In this document: piece after piece, positions 39,291 through 50,473 of the stretch
Layout of the letters: each line of letters opens with the position of its first letter
How positions within the stretch are numbered: position 1 is the first letter of the stretch
Source: Leucoraja ocellata
Lineage: Eukaryota
Direction of reading: 5' to 3'
NCBI GenBank assembly: GCA_036785375.1
Contig: JAWMAR010000238.1
Location: 3,348,001 to 3,412,000, forward strand
DNA: 64,000 nucleotides
Program-made: the position numbers and the translations under genes
The notes under the pieces: generated by a model
Database searches by the model: none
What the model was told of the DNA's origin: nothing
What the model saw: only the letters and a program-made list of their open reading frames with translations

Positions 39291-39594
39291 CACACCATTT
39301 CTGATTTAATTCTTAGTATCACACACCATTTCCGATATTATTACTTCCGTCTCTCTGCCCTCTAAAGCTCCAACCTTATCGTTCCCCAGCCCTGCACGGC
39401 TCGACTTTATCTTCTGCCCAAAATCCACCAACAGAACTGTCCTGGCAGATCCATTGTTTCTGCTTGTTCATGTCCTACCGAATTAATTTCCACGTACCTC
39501 AACTCCATCCTATCCCACCTGGTCCAATCCCTCCCTACCTATGTCCAAGACACCTCACACACTCTTCGTCTCTTCAATTACTTTTGTTTTCCAG

Positions 39595-39809
39595 GCACTG
39601 AAATTTATAGCAAGCTGGTGCAGGGATTTTACAGTGCCATTTTCAATGCTCCACAACTTTGCAAACAAAAGCAGCAGTCTGTGCTTGAGGAAGAGCAAGT
39701 CGAAGACTTGAAGGCCAAGGGCCTTGAAACAAATGTTGAAGATCAATGGGAGGCAGCGGCAATGAAGGCTGCTGGGACTGTTCATGCCATAAATGATTTT
39801 CTGATTTAA
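39595..39809 (+). CDS. Candidate alternative terminal exon of PPARGC1A (unverified)
   Basis: Long pyrimidine tract ending cttttgttttccag|GC. Read in phase 1 after exon 12 it gives G-TEIYSKLVQGFYSAIFNAPQLCKQKQQSVLEEEQVEDLKAKGLETNVEDQWEAAAMKAAGTVHAINDFLI*. AATAAA at 40080-40085. Confidence 0.25.
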
Positions 39810-40743
39810 TTACTTACATAATTTGCCTCAACATCTCTATAATTCTTGATGAATAGCTATTTGTTTGAAGCACACTGATCTCTGTGGAAAATGCAGCTTT
39901 CTCCGAGGATCTCAATGCTGCAAGTGTAAATAGTGGTTGAGAACTTGTACACATTGGACTGCTGTTTAGCATTGATGGTGGATATTTATTATCATAGGCA
40001 ATGGAGTTGAGGCTAATGCACATCACAATATATTGATCGAATTAACATGCAATAAGTAGGGAGATTAATGTTTCAGGAAAATAAAGTTTGCATTCATTCA
40101 GCAAAGAAAAAAATCATCATTAAATGTATTTGACATTATTGAACCAAGTGACATCTTGTAAACACATGAAGCCTGAGTGATAGAGGTGCCATGTTTCACA
40201 ACAACAGGATATCGGCATTGTGGTGTCACCCTGCCCTGCTTAAGCAATTGCTTCTGATTAATACTTGGAATCTCAAGAGTTAAGAGTGTTTTCACATGCA
40301 AAATGAAAGCTTCAATGAGAATGGGCAACTTTAGAGCAGATGTTTCATCTCACAATGTGATCTTGCTCATTTTCTTCAGTCTTTTTTAAGAGTTCCCCCT
40401 AAAGAGGTTGTCACGATAAATATATTGAAGGACAAACCAAGATGGGAAAAGTAATCTGGACGTAGGAAACACTTTAGCTTTGGAGGTCTGACTGGGACTT
40501 GTCTCAGCAACCCAGGCCCAACAGCACTCAGTGATATGTGTTGAGCAGGGCCTATTTGGCTTTGAAAATAATTATATCTTGGGGCTTTGCATGGACTGAG
40601 CTGGGCTAACATTTTATAAATGAAAGCACTAAAGCTCAACACGTTATAAATAAGAGCATGTGTGAACTCACTTCTCTTCTACCAGAGCAGAAACTTGTTC
40701 CACATCACACTACTCTTCACCTTGCTGCAGCAGTGTAATGCAC

Positions 40744-40751
40744 TGACGTCA
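40744..40751. promoter_or_regulatory. Full palindromic CRE (TGACGTCA) in non-repetitive sequence
   Basis: Exact octamer is visible; function untested. Confidence 0.25.
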
Positions 40752-41040
40752 AGAGGAGTGAAGCCAGCGGGTCTCTGGTCTGCAGGTTGAAATGAAAAAA
40801 GCATAGTGCTATGCCCTCAGATGGTCGCATTGTTGTCAAAGCAGTCCATTGGTAAGCAGGTTCAAGACCTCACAAGACCAACTGTTCACATCCTGCCATG
40901 GCTATTCATCTGATGCTCTCATCAACACCCCACAGCTTACCATCCTGGACCACTCCATCAAACTGGGCTGAGTGGCCCAGTGCTGTGTGTCTGGGCTGGG
41001 AGAAAATCTTGCATGGCAACAGTTAGGTTGGGTCGAGTTA

Positions 41041-41471
41041 AGGGGCTGTCCTACCGCGGAGACCTAATTGGCGAGTTTAGGAGAGTTTGAAAAAATGTCA
41101 TGTTGAAGACCTCCTTCGACCATGTTGAAGACTATCTACGTCTACCTTCGACTACCTTCAATTACCTTTGACTACCCTTGATTACCTATGAATAACATGC
41201 TGACCTACCACGACCTACTTCAACTAAACCTACGAATAAAAAATATACAGATTTTTTTCATGGCGACCTGTTTTTACTCGGGGGCATTTTTCAGCATGTT
41301 GAAAAATATGCCGCGACCTAGCTGAGGCCTCGAGTACGCGGGAGCTACTCTCGAGCATGAAGGAGCGTTACAAAGACCTCCTAGGTCCTCGTGTCGACCA
41401 TGCTGTGAGTATGAGTCGAGGGCAAACTCTTCTAAATTCGTCAATTAGGTTGCCGCAGTGGGACAGCTTCT
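41041..41471. mobile_element. PIF/Harbinger-type MITE
   Basis: About 40-bp imperfect TIRs (AGGGGCTGTCCTACCGCGGAGACCTAATTGGCGAGTTTAG / CTAAATTCGTCAATTAGGTTGCCGCAGTGGGACAGCTTCT) flanked by TTA at 41038-41040 and 41472-41474. Non-coding interior. Confidence 0.85.
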
Positions 41472-43904
41472 TTAGGTGGGAAAAACAATTGTTAGACATC
41501 ATGTTTGGGTTGGGTGTTAATGCTATACCCATTGCAGATCTTTAGGTCATACTCATCGATTGCTAAAAAACGCGGCAGCTGAGGCATCAGTCTAAATTAT
41601 TTAACAATCATATTCTGTGCTGCAATGAGGCAATCATTTTTATTTGAAAAGTATCTCATACTTTCAAGCAGGAATAAAGATTTTCTTTGAACATGTTGAC
41701 ATGAGATGTACGACATTAGCAACCTTCCTAGGTGAGTCATCACAGGTTACATAGCAATGCCACTAGCTGACACAACAGTATGAGTTATGTTTGTAAAATG
41801 AAGCATGTTATGTGCCCTAAATGAGAATGTATTTGAAATGCATCCAAGTCTTGAAAATTGTTTGCAACTAAACAAAATCAAATGACATATAAATGGAAAA
41901 TTATGTCAATTGTCTACCAAGTTATCTTCTGACCACTGAGCAGCTGGGTTTCAATGATCAACTATTGCATCATTGTACGCCCAGCCACCTGATCTCTGAG
42001 CCTGCAGACTGGCTACTGAACCTTTTGTCTCTTTGCTTTAATGCCTGCACAGAAACATTGGAGTCTTGCAGACACTAGTAACTCACGTGGCCACCAAAGT
42101 GGATCGAGGAGCTTGGAGTAAATACCTCATTTAGGGTGAACACCACCCAGATGTGCGACTAACCAGGTTTCAGCATCAGAAGAATCTTGAAACTTTCTTT
42201 TTTAATCTTCTAAGGAGCTGCTTTATTAACACGCTGTCCACAATAAAGTTATTTTTAATGTTTATATATCCTGGAAAAGAGAGAAACTTCAGCAGTATTT
42301 GGGCTAACTTCAGACGGCTAATTCTGGCCAAATGAACGGGCAGTCTAGGATAGTAAGCTGTGAAGTACTGTTAAGGGAGGCACTTGAACAACCATGGTGG
42401 GAGGTGAACTGTTGGTCTTGTGAGGTCTTGAACCTGATCAATTAACTGGGTAGAGAATAATGCAACAATCAGTGGGCATCCACACCACACCACCATTGTT
42501 TCAACCTACAGAAATGAGGTTGAGCAAGCTACCAGATTCTGAATCACAGGTGTCTGTGCAATGCTGTCTTCACTCCTCCACTCCTCTTGATGTTGGTCCA
42601 TTAGCTATTGCAGCAGGACTCCGCTCATGGTGAAGAGCAGTGTGATGGGGGGGGGGGGAGGGGGAGAGGGAGAAAGGTTGGAGTGCATTTACGAATGCCA
42701 TATCCCTGATTGAGTGGGAGAGATGAGCACATTTTAACTTCATTGGCACGCTATACACGGTGACATTTTGCATGCTTTGTGTATGGTATGCAAAACAAAG
42801 AATTTCACTTTGACATGTCACATGCGATAATAAAGTATCGTACATTCATTCAGTTATCACTCACATGTGGCCACTCTCCCCTCATGCAGCAGAGCAATCT
42901 GCTGAAGTGCAGCATCTCTCTGTGGAGGACAGTTCGATGATGATGGTAACAGCCCTTAGCTCCTGTACAACAGTGAACTACTCACTGGTTGCATCTCTAT
43001 TGAGAGTTGAATGTGATCATGAATGGCATCCAGCTATTCAATGTGGACAGCAATCTGCTCATGAGTTTCTTCTTTCTGCTCAATGGGTTTGTCAGGTTGC
43101 CTGATAGTGGTAAATCATTGTTTCTAATGAGCTTTGGGTTGCTCATCTGTAGCATAGACCTCTGGAAGGTTCAGGGTTAAAATACATAGAAATGCAATGA
43201 CATTGCGAGACCTCTGTCTCACTTCTGTCTAGTGGCTGTTGCTTGAACCGTTAGTCAGTATGTGATGGGGTTATAACCTTGCAAAGATTTTTTGAGACAC
43301 TTTCAAGTGAGCTCCTCCATTAGATTCCTTTTGCATAATTCCAGACAAAAACCCACTAGTTCCTGGATTACTACTGTGCATCTATCGTATGAGTGTATTT
43401 CTCTTGACAGCAGTCCCTGAGATAGTTCTGTGGGGCTCCAGGTGCAATGACTCAGTGCGATTGTCATCACGTTCCTCCTCTCTCCAGATTGTGCATACAC
43501 TTCGGCTGTCAGCTGCAGTGCCTCGTGTTCCTCCACCCCTGGGACCTGATGCTGTGCTGAGGAAAAAAAGAGGAGGGCCTCTCTCATCCCCTGCAAACAC
43601 AAAGCAGAAGAGAGTTTTACATGAAATTTACACCCAAAACATACTAAACATGATAAAGGTGGATACATATTGAAGAAGTGGGCATAGTAATCACAGTGAA
43701 ACATTGTTAATGAGCTTGCAGGCAGAAGTTGTACAGGATCTGCAAGAAAGCTTGATTCAGCCTTTGTGGATTTCTGTCCATGAGTGGGGGAACAATTGTC
43801 TCTAGCCTGTGACATGTTTCTCTTAAGTACCCTCTCACATTCAGGTGACCTTCCCAGGCCCCTACGAAGCTTTTCAAAAAGGGGGTTGGCATGACAGGAT
43901 TACA

Positions 43905-44345
43905 AGAAACTTAATGTGAAATAACGTGCGCGCAGCGCACATCACGAGCGCGAAGCGTGAAGTCCCTCGATGCTGGTGTCCAGGGCCCGCTTAAGGGCCC
44001 TGGGAGCTCAGGGGTTTTAGATGCTCTCTGATCCATTCTGAGCCTTGTTTTGGAGCATTTTTGCACCAAATCTATGACCAATATTCAGAAATTAACAGGA
44101 ATCTGAGAGGTCGCTTATTCACACAAAGGGTGCTGGGTGTATGTAACGAGCTGCCAGAGGAGGTAGTTAAGTCTGGGACTATCCTAATGTTTAAGAGACA
44201 TTTGGACACGTACTTGGATAGGACAGATTTAGATCGATATGGGCCAAACGCGTGTGAGTGGGACTAGTTTAGATGGGACTTGTTGGTCGATGTGGGCAAG
44301 TTGGGCTGAAGGGCCCGTTTCCACTCTGCATCATTCTATGACTAA
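43905..44345 (+). mobile_element. Chimeric repeat: CpG-rich hairpin module fused to a CR1 3' tail
   Basis: Hairpins at 43926-43940 and 43980-44003, then a CR1 tail from about 44095 (aacaggaatctgagagg...ctatgact). Confidence 0.6.
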
Positions 44346-44496
44346 AAAGTGAAGAAGAAAAATGCATGTAGATAAGTAGAGCAGATTTGAAAGAGGAGTG
44401 AAATGTAAAGGCAGAGAGAGGTTTATGGTTGGAAAGGAACATAGGAAAGGAGGGGGGAGAGTGGGCTTGGGCAGATGGGTGAAGGGAAAATAGTCA

Positions 44497-44713
44497 CAAA
44501 GTGCTGGAGTAACTCAGTGGGTCAGGCAGCATCTGCGGAGAATATGAATAAGCGACGTTTCACAGAGTGCTGGAGTAACTCAGCGAGTCAGGCAGCATCT
44601 GTGGAGAACATGGATAGGTGACATATCACAGAGTGCTGGAATAACTCAGTGGGTCAGGCAGCATCTCTGGAGAAAAGGTATAGATTATAGTTCGGGTCAA
44701 GACCGTTCTTCAG
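44497..44713 (-). repeat. Three tandem ~66-bp copies of a pLTR sub-module
   Basis: (c)acagagtgctggagtaactcag..gtcaggcagcatct..ggaga repeated three times, ending in the gacc.ttcttcag core. Confidence 0.8.
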
Positions 44714-44899
44714 TAATATCCATGATGTGCCACGCATAGACATTCCTGAATGTTACCCAAACCATCGTGAGCTACTTTGTTACAGTGCTTGCCCTCTCCT
44801 AAAATGTCTCTGCTGCCTTGGGTGATGCAGGACAGGATACGAGCTTTGGGACATGGTGTGAAGCTGTTGCTGTCTGTCCAAGCCTGGTAAAAACCTGGA

Positions 44900-46115
44900 T
44901 GGAGTGGATTTGGAGAGGATGTTTCCACTAGTGGGAGAGTCTAGGACCAGTGGCCACAGCCTCAGAATTAAAAGACATTCCTTTAGGAAGGAGATGAGCA
45001 GGAATTTCTTAAGTCAGAGGGTGGTGAACAGTGGAATTCATTGCCACAGACAGCTGTGGAGGTCAGGTCAATGGACATTTTTCAGGAGGAGATTGATAGA
45101 TTCTTGATTGATACGGGTGTCAGAGGTAATGGGGAGAAGCCAGGAGAATGGGTTTGAGAGGGAAAGATAGAGTCATAGAGTGATACAGTATGGAAACATG
45201 CCCTTCGGCCCAGCATGTCCCATCTGCACTAGTCCCACCTGCCCACGTTTGATCCATATCCCTCCGAACCTGTCCTACCCATGTACCTGTCTAACTGTTT
45301 CTTAAATGTTGTGATAGTCCCTGCCTTAACTACCTCCTCTGACAGCTTGTTCCATATACCTACCACCCTTTGTATGAAACACATACCCCACAGATTCCTA
45401 TTAAATCTTTTGCCCTTCACCTTAAACTTATGTCCTCTGCTCCTCGATTCACTTACTCTGGGCAAAAGACTCAACCATATCTATTCAAATCATGATTTTA
45501 TACACCTCTATTAGACCATCCCTCATCGTCCTGTGCTTCATGAAATCCCAGCCTACTCAACCTCTCCCTATAGCTCTGGCCCTCTAGTCCTGGCAACATC
45601 CTCATAAATCTTCACCTTTCCAGTTTGATGACATCTTTCCTATAACATGGTGCCCAGAACAGAATACAATGCTCTGAATGCGGCCTCACCAACTTCTTAT
45701 GCAACTGCAACATGACCTCCCAACTTCTGTACTCAGCCTGACCCGCTGAGTTACTCCAGCACTCTGTGAAATGTCACAGACCAGGGCAAGATTAGCAAGT
45801 TTGCTGATGATACAGAAGTGAGTGGTTTTGCAGATAGTGAAGATGGCTGTGAAAGATTGCAGCAGGATCTGGATCAATTAGCCAGGTGGGCAGACAATGG
45901 TTGATGGTTGCATGGTTCCTTGAAGGTCGTGTCACAGGTATATCAGGTGGTCAAAAAGTATTTTGGCACTTTGGCCCTCATCAGTCAGAGTATTGAGTAT
46001 AGAAGTTGGGAAGTCATGCTGCAGTTGTATAAGACGTTGGTGAGACCACATTTAGAATATTGTGTTCAGTTCTGGGCACCATGTTATAGGAAAGATGTCA
46101 AACTGAAAAGAGTAC
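44900..46115. mobile_element. Cluster of CR1 fragments (+ 44900-45170, - 45170-45730, + 45780-46115)
   Basis: ORFs MDLERMFPLVGESRTSGHSL, GRWD-type tail, SKFADDT and LVRPHLEYCVQFWAP. Confidence 0.85.
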
Positions 46116-46150
46116 AGAGATCCCCATCCTGGATCAGTCCAATCAGGGTT

Positions 46151-46368
46151 TAAGAGGGAACTGCAGATGCTGGAGAATCGAAGGTTACACAAAAAAGCTG
46201 GAGAAACTCAGCGGGTGCAGCAGCATCTATGGAGCGAAGGAAATAGGCAACGTTTCGGGCAGAAACCCTTCTTCTGAAGAAGGGTTTCGGCCCGAAACGT
46301 TGCCTATTTCCTTCGCTCCATAGATGCTGCTGCACCCGCTGAGTTTCTCCAGCTTTTTTGTGTAACCT
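46151..46368. mobile_element. Palindromic Penelope-derived mini-element with 17-bp TSD, inserted in a Rex1 fragment
   Basis: Near-perfect inverted arms centred near 46275. TSD TCAGTCCAATCAGGGTT at 46134-46150 and 46369-46385. Flanks encode Rex1-like NDCTSTDTTVKLLKFADDTTLIGLIQDGD on the minus strand. Confidence 0.88.
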
Positions 46369-47304
46369 TCAGTCCAATCAGGGTTGTGTCATCCGCAAAC
46401 TTGAGAAGCTTGACAGTGGTGTCTGTGGAGGTGCAGTCATTGCGTGTGAAGTGGTGATCGGAGTGGGGTGGGTGTAGAAGGGCCCAGTCTTTGCAGACTG
46501 AGGTCAGGCTGTGAGTGGGTGTGAAGTGTTTGTTGGGGTGGGAAAGTGGGTCTTTTCATACTGGAGTCTTGCCTTAAGTAGGTGTGAAGTGGTGAATGGG
46601 AAGGAGAGGGTGCAGGGGTCTGGCTGTGTTTGTTGGGGAGGGGGTACCAGGGTTACGTTTCTAATTTTCAAGCCTGCAGTAAAACTCATTCAGGTAGATC
46701 ATCAGCTGATGATTGTCCATGGAGCGGGGGGCTTTCTTCTTATAGCTGGTGATTTCTTGCAAGCCCTTTCAAACTGAAGAAAAGTCATTAGCTGAGAACT
46801 TACTCCTCAATTTCTCAGAGTACCTTTCCTTGGCAGCTCTGATTCCTCTTCTCAGCTCTTTATCGATTAGGCTATCTTTTAACTGTTTAACGCTTAGGCT
46901 ATCGGCTTGACGCATATTTGCCCCCAACACCCCTCCCCCCCCACTGATCTCAAAATTGAAATGTTACATCTGTATATAATGATCCCATTAAAATGTGTAT
47001 TTATGTCACTAACTATGGAATTCATATTTTTCAGTATTGTTATCAAGGAAAAGAAAGCAGTTCCAATTGTTTGATATTATTTGATATTGTTTAATATTAT
47101 TCATATGTAGGAAAAAATATAATAGCTCTAAAACCTACCTTAATTTTGCAGTCTCACTCAAGATAATCCCCCTTTCCCTCTCCCCTCCCCCATCTCTCTC
47201 TCCTCTCCCTTCCCCTCTCTCTCTCCCCCTCTCACTTTCCCCCTGCCCCCTCTCACATACCCCCCTCTTCCTTGCGGGGAGGGGGGGGTCGAAGATGAAG
47301 GTTG

Positions 47305-47970
47305 TGGGGGCCCAGCGGGCGGGGGGCATGATGGTGGCATGGGCCCAGTGGGTGTCATTGGGGGTGGTGTGGGCACAGCGGGGGTGGGGTGTGCCCAGCG
47401 GGGGTCAGCGAGGGTGGCGTGGACCCAACGGAGGTGGCGTGGGCCCAGTGGGGGTGGCGTAGACCCAGCAGGGGTCAGCGGGGGTGTCGTGGGCCCAGTG
47501 GGGGTGGCGTGGACCCAGCGGGGGTGGCGTGGGCCCAGCGGGGGTGGCGTGGGCCCAGTGGGGGTCAGCGAGGGTGGCATGGACCCAGCGAGGGTCAGCA
47601 AAGGTGGCGTGGGCCCAGCAGGGGTGGCGTGGGCCCAGCGGGGGTGGTGTGTGCCCAGCAGGGGTCAGCGAGGTTGGCGTGGACCCAGCGGGGGTGGTGT
47701 GGGCCCAGCAGGGGTTAGCGAGGTTGCCGTGGACCCAGCAGGGGTCAGCGGGTGTGGCGTGGGTCCAGCGGGGGTGGCATGCGCCCAGCGGGGGTGGCGT
47801 GGGCCCAGCGGGGGTGCAATCGCCCAGCGGGGGTGGCGTGCGCCCAGCGGGGGTGGCGTGGGCATAGCGGGGATGGTGTGAGCCCAGCGGGGGTGGCGTG
47901 GGCCCAGCGGGGGTGGCATGAGCCCAGTGTAGGTCGCGTGGGCCCAGCTGGGGGTCAGCGGGGGTGGTGT
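47305..47970. repeat. GC-rich minisatellite (20-bp GGGCCCAGCGGGGGTGGCGT with 10-bp GGGGTCAGCG sub-units)
   Basis: Directly visible degenerate tandem array with strong G skew on the + strand. Confidence 0.92.
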
Positions 47971-48189
47971 GGGGGGAAGATGGCTGTGGCCCTGGCGGTG
48001 GAGGGAGGCGAGGGGAGTTGGCTCCACCACAGCGGCATCTGGTGTTGGGGTTACAGCCGTTGGGTTCAGATTCAGCCACTCCTTCCCGGGGACGGAAGAA
48101 CAGAGAACTGGCCAAAGTGGAAACGTTGATTTTTTTTCCGATTTTTTTTTGGTGACTTTTTCTTAGGAGGAAAAAAAGGGGTGTGTGGT

Positions 48190-48650
48190 CGCTTTCCCCT
48201 TCCTCATGCCTTCCTCATTCTATCTCTGACACCTCTCTCCCCTCTCTCAATCTCTTTGTCTCCATCACGGGGGGGGGGCGCAGATTATCAACCGACATCT
48301 ACTACAAACCCACTGACTCCCACAGCTACTTTACTACACTTCCTCCCACCGCAGCCCTTGAGGAAGAACATTCTTGCTATTGAGGGAGTGCAGCGTAGGT
48401 TTACAAGGTTAATTCCCGGGATAGCGGGTCTGTCATATGCTGAGAGAATGAAGCAGCTGGGCTTATACACTCTGGAGTTTAGAAGGATGAGAGGTTATCT
48501 TCTGAAGAAGGTTATCAGTCTGAAGAAGGGTTTAGGCCCGAAACGTTACCTATTTCCTTCGCTCCATAGATGCTGCTGCACCTGCTGAGTTTCTCCAGCA
48601 TTTTTGTGTACCTTCGATTTTCCAGCATCTGCAGTTCCTTCTTGAACACT
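48190..48650 (+). mobile_element. Chimera: Penelope RT fragment + CR1 fragment + Penelope pLTR
   Basis: LSTDIYYKPTDSHSY (PLE RT C-terminal motif) at about 48285-48330; LRKNILAIEGVQRRFTRLIPG (CR1) at about 48358-48500; pLTR with hammerhead-like core at 48520-48547. Confidence 0.8.
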
Positions 48651-48679
48651 ATCCCTTTCTCCCTGTTTCTCTGTCTCCA

Positions 48680-49100
48680 CCACACAGTTGCCAGGATGAA
48701 TCTTTCCACCACAGGGCATTCTTCAGTAAATGTGGATTCCCCCTGCTGTTGTGGATGGAGCCCTGCATGTTTCTTGGTGCTCTTGATACACGGGCTCAAG
48801 GCCCACAAAGCCACCCTGAATGCACCGTCTCCAGTTGAATGTTCATAGACTAGAGGTTTGCAGACTCAGTGAGGTGCTGGAATTTTTCAAGGAGATTTTG
48901 AACACATTCTTGAATCTTTTCCACTTCTATTCTAACCACTGACAGAGGTTAAAATAGAGTGTCTGGTTCGGGAGTTTGGCATCAGGCATCTGAGCAACCT
49001 GGCTGCCCAATGCAGCTGCCTAGGTGTAACTGGAGCCCCGATGTTGAGAATGTTGGCCTCGAAGAGGATACTGGTACTGGTTTGCTTATCCATGCAGTGA
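48680..49100 (-). mobile_element. Decayed RTE-clade (BovB-like) LINE 3' fragment
   Basis: Minus-strand DKQTSTSILFEANILNI...QLHWAA... resembles the RTE motif W.D..TN..VL..A...SI....QLRWAGHV.RM. Confidence 0.6.
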
Positions 49101-49757
49101 CTATTTTCACTGTTTTCCACTCAGCAGCCATTCCACTCCATTCCCATTATGGAACTTGGGTATTCCTGGGGAATTGCAGTCTTTACCTCTGCTGCTTAAC
49201 TAAATGAGTCGGAAAACTCTGACATGGATGTTGGGCATCCATGTGTGTGTGGAACTTCCAGACATACATCAGATCAACAGTTGAACAAATAAATTCGATT
49301 TTTGATCCACATGGAGTTCTGTCTTATTCAATACCCAACCAGAAATTCACGTGCAGTCCAGTGAAGAAGCAGTCTGACAAATGTGGTGGCTTTTATCATT
49401 CAGTTAGATTTGGAGGAATCTGTTCTTGTTTGGAGTCTACTTGCATGGGAATGGCAAAATCCAGCTGTTCCCTTCCAGTAATGGCCACAGGCAACAACAT
49501 TCAGACAGCTAATGGAGGAGGTTTCAGCTTGTCCAGTGCCGGTTGATAATTGAATGGCTTAACATAAACCATTCTAGTCTTATTTTAAAGTATTGTTTCA
49601 GGAGGAAAAAGGAATGCTTTCTATTTTGTATCTGCATTGTCACTCTTGTGGGAGCTTCCAGGTCTGAATAGCACAGGAAAATGCCTCCTCTCCTCTGCTC
49701 CTGTCTATGAATAGGAACTCTCCACTTCCAACATGACTGTTTTAATTTCTCTTGCTA

Positions 49758-50335
49758 TCATAGAAACATAGAAAATAGGTGCAGGAGTAGGCCATTCGGC
49801 CCTTCGAGCCTGCACAGCCATTCAATGCGATCATGGCTGATCATCCCCAATCAGTACCCAGTTCCTGCCTTTTCCCCATATCCCCTATCTTTAAGTCCTA
49901 TCCAGCACTCTCTTGAAAGCATCCAGAGAACCTGCCTCCATCGCCCTCTGAGGCAGGGAATTCCACACTCACAACTGTGAGAAAAAGTGTTTCCTCGTCT
50001 CCGTTCTAAATGGCCTACCCCTTATTCTTAAACTGTGGCCCCTGGTTCTGGACTCCCCCAACATCGGGAACATGTTTCCTGCCTCCAGCGTGTCCAAACC
50101 CTTAACAATCTTACATGTTTAAATAAGATAACCTCTCATCCTTCTAAACTCCAGAGTGTACAAGCCCAGCTGCTTCATTCTCTCAGCATATGACAGTCCC
50201 GCCATCCCGGGAATTAACCTTGTAAACCTACGCGGCACTCCCTCAATAGCAAGAATGTCCTTCCTCAAATTAGGGGACCAAAACTGCACACAATACTCAA
50301 GGTGTGATCTCGCAAGGGCCCTGTACAACTGCAGT
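49758..50335 (-). mobile_element. 5'-truncated CR1-type LINE
   Basis: ORF 50119-50328 (HLEYCVQFWSPNLRKDILAIEG) and a (catagaaa)n tail. Confidence 0.9.
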
Positions 50336-50473
50336 TTAATATTGGCTTTTATAATAACATCATAAGCTAGATAACCAAGAATGGTTTTGGCTTCTCATTT
50401 GGGGGCTATATTTGAATATCCTGGCCACAGAATGGGGCCCTGAACGGCATGGTGGTGCAGCGGTAGAGTTGCT

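Noticed and set aside
47158-48129. Overlapping Pro/Gly-rich ORFs
   Set aside because: Translations of the GC-rich minisatellite.
50445-50473. tRNA-like sequence
   Set aside because: It is a SINE head followed by SINE body and tail, not a tRNA gene.
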